The notes under the pieces: model-generated | The model's database searches: none | The model's input: the letters and a program-made list of their open reading frames with translations, nothing else | Told to the model about the DNA's origin: nothing | Source of the DNA: Mesotaenium endlicherianum | Lineage: Eukaryota | Direction: 5' to 3' | Assembly: GCA_009602735.1 (NCBI GenBank) | Contig: WELA01001569.1 | Location: forward strand, 62,001-91,194 | Length of the DNA stretch: 29,194 bases | Part shown: in pieces, positions 1 to 10,048 of the stretch | Layout: each line of letters begins with the position of its first letter | Numbering within the stretch: position 1 is the stretch's first letter | Program-made: the position numbers and the translations under genes

Positions 1-327
1 TTCACACTTGACTCCACACAATACTACTCCAAATATATTTGAAAACATTAAAATATATGCAAACTAATATATAATAACTTAAATCACTACAGTGAGAGCT
101 GGTTGAAGGAGAACGTTGTTTGAGTGTTGATCATGGTTGCATGGTGCAAGTTCAGGAGCCCAGGGATGGGTTAACCCTGGTAAGGCTTGTCATCGACACC
201 CGTGCGAAGGTCGATCGACCATGTTTGCCCACACGTGAGGAGGGCCACCGGCACATCAACCAGGTCGAAGGCACACGTGCTGGAAGGCTACGCACGTGCC
301 GAGGGACCGACACTGTTAGGCACGACA
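1..327. mobile_element. Terminal part of an unidentified LTR-type insertion inside the 3' LTR of element A
   Basis: Similarity between A's two LTRs stops abruptly at 328. The sequence to the left ends in GGCACGACA, a CA terminus. The predicted TSD is ATTAT (328-332); the other end is outside the window. Confidence 0.55.
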
Positions 328-641
328 ATTATCCGAAATAATGACAATCATATCAACTTATTCAATCCAAGATTTATTAAGTTATCATCTCCTAATTGAT
401 CAAAGTAACTTTATGAATAATTATGTCGTACTTTCGCGAAGTAGTCGAATTACGTTACGACGCTTCTTGCAATAGTATCTCGGTCGTTTCGCCAATCGAC
501 CATGAATTAATCGGCACACGCGTGTGGCGATTTATTGAATATGATGCAATCATTTATCAAATAATATGATAAATAGAATAACGTACTTTAGGTAATTGGG
601 AAAACGTCCCAAATACGCCTAAAATAGCTCGGATCGTTACA
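328..641 (-). repeat. 3' LTR of element A (visible part)
   Basis: 314 bp colinear with 6153-6466, about 17 mismatches by eye. Ends GGATCGTTACA, i.e. TGTAACGATCC on the minus strand. Confidence 0.92.
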
Positions 642-654
642 CTCCTCCCCTCTT
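642..654 (-). promoter_or_regulatory. Polypurine tract of element A
   Basis: Minus strand AAGAGGGGAGGAG directly abuts the LTR TG and is preceded by the hairpin TTAACG-agga-CGTTAA. Confidence 0.85.
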
Positions 655-782
655 AAAAGAAGTTAACGTCCTCGTTAAGCGTACGTCTTTCAAGTCGTAA
701 ATGTGTAAATACTAGCCTTGGCTAGCGGAAAACACTGGTGAGCGATTGGACTATGCATCATGACAGTGACGGAAAAGAGCGA

Positions 783-2279
783 TTAGTTGGCCGCGTCTCT
801 TTTGCGTTTGTTCCTTGGCTTACGAATTGCACCGGGTAGCACACTTGCCGTGGTACAGAGCTGTTGAGCGGAAGCCCATCGTAACCAATATGGTTGAACC
901 AGGTCCTTACAATTAAGTAGGATATCATCCTGAGGTTTGTACGAGTTCCAAATGGATTCGTAATCAAGCCACTTTATCAAAAGCTCCACGCGTGGAGGCT
1001 TATGACGAGTGTAGCGGTGTCCTAAGACCTCCTCTACATCCCAGGCCTTATCATCATCGACGAGTTCCAATTCGGGTGCTCGTGGATGATAGCGGCCATC
1101 GGACCTAAACAGCTTCAGTAAACTGACATGGAACACAGGATGCGTTTCCCCCATGGATTTAGGCAAATCCAGTCGGTATGCAACCTTTGCAATAACGATA
1201 AAAGGGCCTACCCACCGTGGCAGAAGCTTGCGCTTTCCTGGGTGCTTGAGTTGGAGGTTCTTAGTTTGCAAAAGTACTTTATTGCCAACTTGAAAATTGA
1301 ACTCAGTCCTGCGTGTGTCAGCAAACGTTTTTTGCCGATCTCAAGCAGCGGCTAAAGCCAGCTTCGCGTTTTTGTGCACCTCTTGCAGAGAATGGACAAA
1401 TAGGCGTACACTTGGCACTCTCATGGTTGACAGCCCCGCCTCAGCGTAAACGACGCGCGTGAGAGGAGTGTGCGGATGTCGCCCATAGTTGAGGAAAAAT
1501 GGAGTTTCCTTCACACTTTCCTGATAAGCATCATTAAGTGCGAACTCTGCAACTGAAAGGAGGGTGTCCCAGTCGTCTTGGCGAGGATTCACATAATGCC
1601 TAAGGAACTGTTGCAAAATGCAATTCATTCGTTCTGTCTGACCATCGGTCTGAGGATGGAAGCTAGTTGACATCTTAAGTTTCGTGCCGAAGTGCGAGCA
1701 AACTTCCTGCCAGAAGTGGCTCGTAAATCTAGTGTCACGATCACTTATGATCTCGTTCGGCATGCCATGCTACTTGAACACATGATCTACGAAGAGACGC
1801 GCGGTCACGACGGCATCAAGTGATGGTTTAGTGGCCACAAAGTGTACCATCTTAGTAAAACGATCTACGACCGTTAACACCCCATTGTGTCCTCTATCGG
1901 TGGTAGGCAATTCCACGACAAAGTCGAGGCTAATGCTTTCCCAAGGAGCACATGCAAGTTCCAATGGTTGCAACTTCCCAGCTGGCAACGTGTTGCTCGG
2001 CTTATTCCTCTGACATGTTACGCAGTTGACGATGTACTCGGCAACATCAACCTTAAGGGACGGCCAAATGTACCCTTGGCGCAAAGCGTGTGTGGTTTTG
2101 GTAATTCCAAGGGGACCAGAGTAAGGAGAGTCATGAGCTTCTCGTAGTAGCACATGTCTTACTTGGCCTTCTGGGACAGCAATGCGCCCATTGTGCCACC
2201 AAAAACCGTCCTTAAACGAGTAGCTTGAGTGTTCTTTCCATTTATCCATACTGTCCATCGTCACGGCTACACCGCTCAA
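783..2279 (-). pseudogene. pol: Element A integrase plus C-terminal chromodomain, broken by stops and frameshifts
   Basis: Zn-binding region (EAHDSPYSG...CVTCQRNK), catalytic core ([25 protein letters not shown]), GPF motif (RWVGPF...HPVFHVSLLK) and chromodomain (WDVEEVLGHR...LIKWLDY). Confidence 0.9.
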
Positions 2280-2489
2280 GTCAGTACCCTACATATCTAG
2301 GAAAAACGGATCTTTGAGATAGCCCTCATGAAATAGTTGATGCAGGTCAAGTACTTCAGAGGTTTGCATGCTACCCAAATCGGGTTGGCCCGCGTCACCA
2401 GGCCGTGCAACGCCAGTCGTCTGGGGGGGTACAGCAGAATCAAGGGTGGCCGCCCTTGAAACCTGACCGTTTTGTCCTTGCAATCTAGC

Positions 2490-3330
2490 AAGAGTCCCCA
2501 ACATCAAGTGGTGAAGGGGAATTCGACTGGGAGGGTCCGCAACATTATTGCGACCAGGGCGATACGCCCAGTGAAAGTGGAATCGTTGCAAGAACTCAGA
2601 CCATCTCGTCTGACGCCTCGATAGCGTTGGCTGTATTTGAAACAAGGTATTTGGGCAGTGATCCGTAACCACTGTCAAACCCTTGCAGCTTACAAAAGTA
2701 GTTAGCAAATCCGAGGAATGAACATACAGTATGTACATCTTTTGGGACAGGCCAGTCAGCGATGCACGCAATTTTGGCTGGGTCAGGACGCACCCCTTTC
2801 GAACCCACTATATGTCCCAAGTACAAAAGTTCATCCTTTAGGAAGGAACATTTCTTGAGCTTAGCAGCTGTTGCTCACAATGGATTTGCAACACCAACTC
2901 GAGGTGCTTGTAATGCTCGTCCCTGTTCTTTGAATAGACAAGGATATTGTCGAGGTAAACCTGGACAAATTTTCCCAAGTAAGGTCTAAACGAATCGTTC
3001 ATCGTACTTTGGAATGTCGCTTGTGCATTGGTAAGTCCAAAACTGAGGACTTTATATTGGAAGTGCCCAATAGGCGTACGAAAAGTTGTTTTGGGGACAT
3101 CCTCTGGTGTGATTCGAATTTGATGATAGCCTTGGGCTAAGTCAAGCGAGGAGAACACGCATGCCCCCTGCAACAAATCAAACAAATCATCAATGCGAGG
3201 CAACGAATAGCGGTTCTTGACCGTTATGTTGTTCAACGCACGATAATTAATGCACATTCTAAGCGTCCCATTTTTCTTTTGAACAAATAGGATGGGGGCG
3301 CCAAATGGAGAAGAGCTCGGCTCAATCTAT
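2490..3330 (-). pseudogene. pol: Element A reverse transcriptase, with most of RNase H deleted
   Basis: [37 protein letters not shown] (YxDD mutated) and YLGHIV. GFANYFCKL is joined almost directly to TVVTDH...LSRRQTRWSEFL at about 2685. Confidence 0.88.
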
Positions 3331-4529
3331 CCTTTCTCCAGCAAGTCGCTAATTTGGTCTTTCATTTTGTTCATCTCCAACGGGCTTAGGCGATAAATTG
3401 GTCGCCAAGTCGGTTGAGAATCGGGAATGAGAGGGATTGTATGTCTAATACCTTTGTCAGGCGGAAGCCCGGCGGGTATCTCACTTGGGAACACTGGTTT
3501 GTACTTTTGCAAAAGAGCAGAAAGTTCAGCTGCAAGGGTTTCCTCATGACCAGTAACGTCTAACATCGGCTCTTGCGTAAAGAGCGTAGTTGAAGTTGCT
3601 GGGGAATCGGGTCTTAGTAACCCAAAGAAAACATTCTGACAGTGTTTTGCCAAACGTTGAGCTTGCTTTATGGACAATAGAAGATTCTTTGAAGGGCTTT
3701 CCAAGGCCATATCGGGCTTAAGGGACTGAAGAGTAATCTTTTTGGTCCCTTTGCGTACAATGCATGTCTTTTGACCAAAGTCAAGCAATGCATTTGTTTG
3801 CGTAAGCCAATCATTACCCAAAATTGCGTCGATTCCATGCAGCAGTTCACTGACGTAGAATTGTACGTGGCCGATGTATGACTGCACTTTTAGTTGTAAC
3901 TTAACCGTTCCGAGAATACAAGCTAACGAGCCATCGCCAAGGTGAAGGGTCTCGTGCTTGAGTATTGGAAGCAACTTCATCCCTTGTGCAAAACGTGCAC
4001 TAATGAAGCTTACTGATGCGCCTGAATCAATGACTGTGAAGCATGAAGGGCCTGAAACTTTCGCGTCAAACGTCATACTTAACCCCAAAGAAGCATTATG
4101 CATCATCAGCAACGTCCTCGTCGTGAGAGGAATGTAGGAAATGTGGAGGTCCATTACCAAAATCCCATTTTGCATTGCTGTTCTTGCGCGAAACCGAGTA
4201 ATCGGGTCAGAGTACGCGCGAATATGTGTAAATGCAGCAATATAAATTGGTGCAAGACACTTATGCATTTTCCGTAATTGAGATAAGTGTGCGTAACACT
4301 TGGCAAGGTTAGGATCATGCGGCTGGAAGTGCAAGAACATGGTATCATGGATGCACTCGAGTTCCGTAAACTCGTAAAAGCTCAACATTTGCATACTAAT
4401 ATATTCCGAACGGAATATATCAATATCGGGTATGCCAGAGAGAACAACAATCTTGGGTGTATGCGAACATACACCTAGAATTTCTTGCTCACTAAGTAGT
4501 GTTGTCAATAGCTCAGAAGAAATTGGCAC
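3327..4529 (-). pseudogene. Element A ORF: about 140 aa of unknown N-terminal region, then aspartic protease and start of RT
   Basis: VIDSGASVSFIS and DAILGNDWL protease motifs; PDKGIRHTIPL...IYRLSPLE marks the RT entry. No capsid or Zn-knuckle motif upstream. Confidence 0.8.
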
Positions 4530-5249
4530 TTATCAAGTTAAATGCAATGTCAACCTTGACATGATTTGAGTGAGCGTTGTGATAAGCAGGGCAGTGTTCT
4601 TATCGCTTTCAAGCTCAAATCCATGTGAGAGGGGTGAGTCACAAATGGACGAGACAGAACAGATGCAAAAGCATCGTGCCAAAGCAATAGCGAAGGGAAA
4701 CAATCCACAAACTCAAATGAGCAACAAAATCAACCCAATGTCAAAGAAACATGTCAAATCTGGTCAAAATGTGACCAAATATGGACGACAATGTTCTGAA
4801 TCCAGAAATTGTGCGCGAGTCAATTCTCGTAGAATGACAACAAGTGCGACAATGTCATGGAAAAGACCCGTGGGCAAAATTCCCTTGTGTATATCAAAAC
4901 ACGCGCATAGCATCCAAGAACACAAGGTGGGTGGGATGGGTGGGGATGAGAAAGAAAGTCCCCTATGGACCCCTTTTGTGTGCAACGGTGCAAAAAGCCC
5001 CAAACGGGTGCAGATTTTGACTTGAACATGTGCAAGGGGCTGAATAGGCGCCCTTCACCACAAAAGTCGAAATCGTCTGAAAAAGAAACAAGCGGCGTTG
5101 TTAGTAACGGCGAAAAAGAAAGGTTCAACGGAAAAAAATCCGACAGCGCCTAGTTGGCCCGAGGGACCGTTGAGGTTGTCGTCGTGGCCAGCGGCAAGAG
5201 CGGCAGCAGCGTTGGCACTAATGTCGGTTCTATATGGAAGCCGAGGTTT

Positions 5250-5453
5250 CTGCCCAGGAACTACGATAAGCGATCGTAGCGCACGGCAGGACTGGGATGG
5301 GTGACTGTGCCAACAATCTGCCCCAAAAACTATGATAAGCGACCGTCGCACAGGGCAAAATTAAGATGGGTGACCGCTCGACAAGCTGCCCCAGAAACTA
5401 TGATAATCGACCGGAGCGAAGGGAAATACTGGGATGGGTGACCGTCCGAATAA
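5250..5453 (+). repeat. Three tandem ~68-bp units, each with 5S rRNA-like box A and box C motifs
   Basis: Units start at about 5250, 5318 and 5386. Each has TAA(G/T)CG, exactly 17 nt, then GACTGGGATGGGTGACT, AATTAAGATGGGTGACC or TACTGGGATGGGTGACC. This is the spacing of plant 5S TAAGCG-N17-TACT(A/G)GGATGGGTGACC. Confidence 0.75.
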
Positions 5454-5531
5454 AGAATTGCCCCTAAAATATATTTTTCCAAAATATATTTCCATCCCAC
5501 TAAAAAAAAAATCCTTGGAGAAACCGAGATC

Positions 5532-5544
5532 GGCTCCGATACCA
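5532..5544 (-). promoter_or_regulatory. Primer binding site (tRNA-iMet) of element A
   Basis: Minus strand TGGTATCGGAGCC, 1 nt inside the LTR CA end. Confidence 0.9.
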
Positions 5545-5719
5545 ATGTGATGTTTCTGCTTTTCGAGAGGATCTTTTCCTCGGTATTCAAGGAATGTTTA
5601 AATGAAGTGGAAAGAAACTCTATATTCTTGTGCAAATTGACAAATCCTCGAGAAAGCGAAAATGAAAACTAACGTAGAATGTGTGCTTGTGAGAGTTGCA
5701 CTCACAATGACTCTACAGG

Positions 5720-5727
5720 TATTTATA
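5720..5727 (-). promoter_or_regulatory. Probable TATA box of element A LTR
   Basis: TATAAATA on the minus strand, about 175 nt before the PBS-proximal LTR end, in element orientation. Confidence 0.55.
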
Positions 5728-5990
5728 CCTGCACAACGTGAGGCACTGGAGTGCTTCGAGTCACCACCTAGGGCACTGGTTCATGTTCAACGTAAACGGA
5801 CGAAGGGGTACGACCCATTCGGCTGAATGCTCGAAACGCGCCGTTTGGCCGTTTGGAGACTTTTCGACGGTTTCCGAAAAACCGTTTCACGCCAAACGGG
5901 CGTATTCGCGTTCACGCGACTTTTTGAAAAGTCGCGACTGTTCGCAGAGTCGCGTACACGTGCTTTCGTCATGAACCGATAGTTATAAAT

Positions 5991-6062
5991 AATTACTTCG
6001 CCAATCGGTTAGGTGTGAACGTTACAAACGACGATTCGCGGGTTCGAATCCGCTCGGATGCA
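5991..6062 (+). promoter_or_regulatory. tRNA-like Pol III A-box/B-box segment in element A LTR (not a functional tRNA)
   Basis: A-box-like TCGCCAATCGG (5998-6008) and exact B-box GGTTCGAATCC (6041-6051) inside a GCGG/CCGC T-arm, at tRNA-like spacing. The acceptor stem does not pair. Confidence 0.5.
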
Positions 6063-6466
6063 AAGTCGCGTTGCATATTATGTGTCGTTTGACTTTTACG
6101 ACTGTTTCTTCGTATTAACGACTGGTCGTAAATGCAAAATCTATGACTGTGCATTATCCGAAATAATGACAATCATATCAAATTAATCAATCCAAGATTT
6201 ATTAAGTTATCATCTCATAATTAATCAAAGTAACTTTATGAATTATTATGTTGTACTTTTGCGAAGTAGTCGAGCTACGTTACGACGCTTCTTGCAATAC
6301 TATCTCGGTCGTTTCGCCAATCGACCAGGAATCAATCGGCACACGCGTGTGGCGATTTATTGAATATGATGCAATCATTTATCAAATAATATGACAAATA
6401 GTAAAACGTATTTTAGGTAATTGGGAAAACGTCCCAGATACGCCTAAAATAGCTCGGATCGTTACA

Positions 6467-7015
6467 TGAAGGATGGCAATATGCGAATGTGTGTGGATTA
6501 CCAAGCTCTTAACAGAATTACAGTGTGAACAAGTATGCTTTACCCCAAATCAAGGACTTGCTTGATACCCTGTTTGGTGTTAAGGTGGTCAGTAAGATAG
6601 ATCTCAAGAGTGGTTATCATCAAATTAAAATTGCTGAGGGGGATGAACACAAGACTCCCTTCCGCACACATGATGGGCACTACAAGTTTAATGTGATGCC
6701 ATTTGGACTGACTAATGCTCCTGCAACCTTCATGAGTGCTATGAATGACATTTTCAGACCTTACTTAGATAAGTTTGTGCAAGTCTTCTTGGATGATATT
6801 TTAATTTTCTCTAAAAATGAAGCTGAGCATGCTGAGCACTTGAAGACAATGATGGACTCTCTAAGGAAGAATCAGTTATATGCTAAAATGAGCAAGTGTG
6901 ATTTCTTCAGAGAGAGTATTGAATTCTTAGGACACGTTGTCAATAAGGAAGGCATCAGTGTGGATCCTAAGAAAATTCAGACCGTTGGGGATTGGCCAGT
7001 ACCACAGTCTGTCTC
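6467..7015 (+). pseudogene. pol: Host element B0 pol fragment 1 (RT)
   Basis: KDGNMRMCVDY...[10 protein letters not shown]...VFLDDILIFS...WPVPQSVS; colinear with about 25222-25770. Confidence 0.9.
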
Positions 7016-7733
7016 TGAAATGAATCGACTTACCAATAGGCGATTAACAATCAATATAGATCTTTATACCATCGAGTAATCTTTATGGCATGTTCTGTTA
7101 ACTGATCAAACAGCAAAAGACAACACACTAGCAGTGGACGATACTCGCAGGTCAAATGCAAGTAAAATAGCATCAATAATGCTATCAATAAACTCATACA
7201 TAAGCAAGGCTATAAGATAGTGCGTATCAATGGCTTCTCGCCTTGGATTCACATATCTCTCAGTAAGCAGTACGAGAGGGTTGGCCTCGTTTCCGAATGC
7301 CAAACTCGAGAGCAATGTCTAGCATATGTACATGGAATGAGTTTACTGTTCAACGGCAAGTGCGATGGCACCGCCTACCCGGGAGTTAACCACGTTGGTA
7401 GGACCTCGGTTATCCAAATCCACAGCCATCTCCCATCATCCCGAATCGCCATCCATCCTAAGGATGTCATCTGGCCATTCATCTAGCATATCACACTTGG
7501 ATGCATATCTAGGCAGTTTGCTGCTACCGAGTACGGAAGTCAGCTGGCTGTCAAAGAATGTGTCAGCAAGCTGACCTAAGTTGACTTCAGCCTGCTGCTC
7601 TCGGCTGAGTCATTAAACAAATAAGTATATGAAGTTGAGCAGACTGAATATTGACTAAAGTTCAGCAGGCTGAACTTAATTAACTATTATGTATATATGA
7701 ATATTATATCTACCAACATACTGATTCATTACA
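7016..7733 (-). repeat. 3' LTR of B1
   Basis: TGAAATGAATCG...CATTACA; homologous to 19025-19729 and to the reverse complement of 21896-22642. Confidence 0.93.
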
Positions 7734-7746
7734 ATCCCTCCAACCT
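7734..7746 (-). promoter_or_regulatory. Polypurine tract of B1
   Basis: Minus strand AGGTTGGAGGGAT abuts the LTR and is preceded by a perfect 8-bp hairpin TGTTGTCG-agg-CGACAACA (7751-7769). Confidence 0.8.
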
Positions 7747-8488
7747 AAATTGTTGTCGCCTCGACAACATTAAACTGTAGAATTATGTGGTCACGAAACT
7801 AACAGATTTAACCCTCCACCACCTGCCTCTTGCTTCAACACTGTTGCCTAGCTGTGGGGATCACTAGTGACAAGGAACTGTCACCTCCACCCTCAGTCCA
7901 CTTCCGTTGTGGGGTGCAAACAGAGAGACCTCCAGCAAGGCTTGACTGGAGGATGGTTTTGATGTTTAGGGGGTTGTTCCTTGGGCTCCAGGATCCGGAG
8001 CCTGAGATCTGGACCTAGATCTGGACAGCCTTCTAGGTCTGTCAGCTGGCCTTCTAAAGAACCCTGTTTGCTCTAAAGTTGGACCTTGAGGAGAATGAAG
8101 GACGGTAGCCTGCTCTTCAACCACCTGGGTGTGAATGCCCACATAAACTGGCATTCCGGTAGGATGCTGAAATACATTGGCAAGAGGTACATGTCCCTAA
8201 CTGAAGGGGGTGGCTAGCGTACCTCTAGCTACTCTGCGTGTTGTTCTTCTGGTACCCCTCTCTGCTGCCAAGAACAGTCAAATCAGCTTCATTCCCAGCT
8301 TGGGCAGGTGAGCTGGGAGATGGAGTGCGGATTCTTGTTGCCTCCATTGTATGGATCACATTCCATACACCTGATCTTGGCGCCCTTGGAGTCCCTACTT
8401 CTGCCTGCTCCAGGGTCTCTTGAGTACCAGCTCCTGATGCTTCTCCTCTGCCCTGTTCCTCTTCCTCATCCCCTTTATCTTCCTCCTC

Positions 8489-9622
8489 TTAAAGGGTAGG
8501 GGTCTCGTCCACTAAGTCATCCTGCTCCCCAGTAGACATGGAAAAATCTACTGACCGCCCTTTCTTAGGACGAGCTGGGGGTTGCTTGGCCTTCAGCCTG
8601 CTGATATCTATCTTGCCTGCATTCTTTGCCCATTTGACAAAGGCATGCTTCCCCTTAGAGAAATAGTCTCTTCTCCTCCTCCTGTACTCCTTGGTCTCAA
8701 CATTCATATTACTCAGGCATCCATTAAGCCTGGGGTCCCAAGGGGCAGTGTGAGGTGGTAGGATGAGGTAGCCGTCTAGCCCATAGTGGAAGTCATCTGG
8801 GTGGGCCCGGTCACACTCCCGATTTCTGTTAGTGACGGTCATCCACCTCCAGTTTGTGAGCTGCTGGTAGTACTGTGGCCCGTGCTCAGCCCTTTTTAGC
8901 TCACAAGGAAACCAATGGGGAGAGAACATCTGCTGCCCTGTTTCCCTGGCCAAGTACTCCAAGCTCCTCCTCTCAACTTCATTGTAGGCTGGCAGTAGTG
9001 TCAGGTAAAATACTGCATCCTTAAAGCTATTGGGCTGCATGCTGACCATCTTGATGAGTCTACAATTTCCCACTATGCCAGGCATTGGTAATGGCTCATC
9101 TTCCGAGTCATCTGCAAGAAACCGTGCCTGCTCTGCTGTATATCCCACCATTTTGGCGTAATCTTCGTAGAAGACCACACCAGTGTGTGTCTCAATGTAC
9201 TTATTAAGAGCTTCAAATCCTTGTCTCTGTAACATTGTTTTTTGTTCCATTTTGTTGATCTCCTGGGCTGCCGGTAATGCTTCCTTCAGGTTAACAATGG
9301 TTTGGCCACCCACCATAATATATCTGTAAGGGGCCAGGCTCTTCTGCTTCTCAGCTTCAGCCTTCTTCCTTCTCTCCTCCTCTGCTGCCGCCGCTTCTTC
9401 TTGTTGTTTCCTCTGTCTCTCCTCCTCAGCTTTCCTGAGATTTTCCGCCTCTTGCTCCTTCTTCCTCTGTGCTTCTTCTGCCACCTCTTGTTGTATGCGG
9501 ACCCTTTCCTGTTCTCTCTTGGTGAGGGATGTCACCGCCAGCTCTTTCTGGTATTGCCTCATTGTCCTCCTGGCTTCTTCTGCCTTGCGCTTTCTGTCTT
9601 CCTTTTGTGTGGTGGGAGCCAT
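8489..9622 (-). CDS. Family-B accessory ORF3 of unknown function (E/R/K helix plus globular domain); probably once extended to about 7810
   Basis: Long ORF between pol and the PPT, about 80% aa identical to the 28347+ copy. ATG at 9622 (MAPTTQ). An E-rich open frame continues past the TAA at 8489-8491. Confidence 0.75.
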   Translation of the reverse strand: MAPTTQKEDRKRKAEEARRTMRQYQKELAVTSLTKREQERVRIQQEVAEEAQRKKEQEAENLRKAEEERQRKQQEEAAAAEEERRKKAEAEKQKSLAPYRYIMVGGQTIVNLKEALPAAQEINKMEQKTMLQRQGFEALNKYIETHTGVVFYEDYAKMVGYTAEQARFLADDSEDEPLPMPGIVGNCRLIKMVSMQPNSFKDAVFYLTLLPAYNEVERRSLEYLARETGQQMFSPHWFPCELKRAEHGPQYYQQLTNWRWMTVTNRNRECDRAHPDDFHYGLDGYLILPPHTAPWDPRLNGCLSNMNVETKEYRRRRRDYFSKGKHAFVKWAKNAGKIDISRLKAKQPPARPKKGRSVDFSMSTGEQDDLVDETPTL

Positions 9623-9623
9623 C

Positions 9624-9729
9624 CTGCACATGTAATCAGAGCACAAGTTAGTAGGATCTCAATCTTTGTCACAGGAGTTGTAGGACGAGACGTAGTTTGT
9701 ATCAGTATGGTAGGTTTGTTCCCTTTTAC
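9624..9729 (-). other. Putative 5'-UTR intron of ORF3 (B1 copy)
   Basis: AAG|GTAAAA donor, TACTAAC branch point and TGCAG|G-ATG acceptor, all shared with 28244-28345. Confidence 0.6.
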
Positions 9730-10048
9730 CTTACAGGGTGGTTACTAGGAATTAACGGAGCTGCAGTGCGATGAGATAACGAATGAATGTGTGTGCAGGG
9801 TGAGTTAAGTGATTTATTGATGTGCTGATCCTTTTCTCCTTCCGAGTGGTGGGCACCCGCCAACTTAGCTTAATGTGGGCGTGGCTGTCACATCTTCTGT
9901 CACTATGCTGACACTTAACTATTGACACTATACTGTCAATAATTGTCCCTTTCTCGCGCACTAACTGTCATTCACTGGCACATTTTCCCCTCCAACTTAA
10001 ATGGAGACAAGACCTCCTGTCACCTTCCTAGGTCAACTCAAATGACAG

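Larger units (their letters stand above)
328..6466 (-). mobile_element. Element A: degenerate Ty3/Gypsy chromovirus-type LTR element with no recognisable gag
   Basis: LTR pair (328-641 matches 6153-6466), PBS 5532-5544, PPT 642-654, and PR-RT-INT-chromodomain order on the minus strand. The right flank is family-B RT sequence. Confidence 0.9.
5546..6466 (-). repeat. 5' LTR of element A (921 bp)
   Basis: TG...CA ends, adjacent PBS, and match to 328-641. Confidence 0.9.

Noticed and set aside
5215..5453. True 5S rRNA gene, or a CRISPR-like array
   Set aside because: Only control-region motifs match 5S. The upstream GCACTAATG (5215-5223) is at the wrong distance from box A. The units are degenerate tandem repeats with no unique spacers and no cas genes.
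5991..6062. Functional tRNA gene
   Set aside because: The acceptor and anticodon stems do not pair; kept only as a Pol III box-like segment.
7220..7486. 88-aa ORF present in all three family-B LTRs (also 19229-19495 and 22170-22436)
   Set aside because: GTG start, antisense to the element, no recognisable motif, and many non-conservative changes. High LTR identity is enough to explain its persistence.
8489..9646. ORF3 as an envelope gene, or starting at the TTG given in the ORF track
   Set aside because: No signal peptide or transmembrane helix. The upstream codons overlap the branch point and acceptor, so ATG 9622/28347 is preferred.
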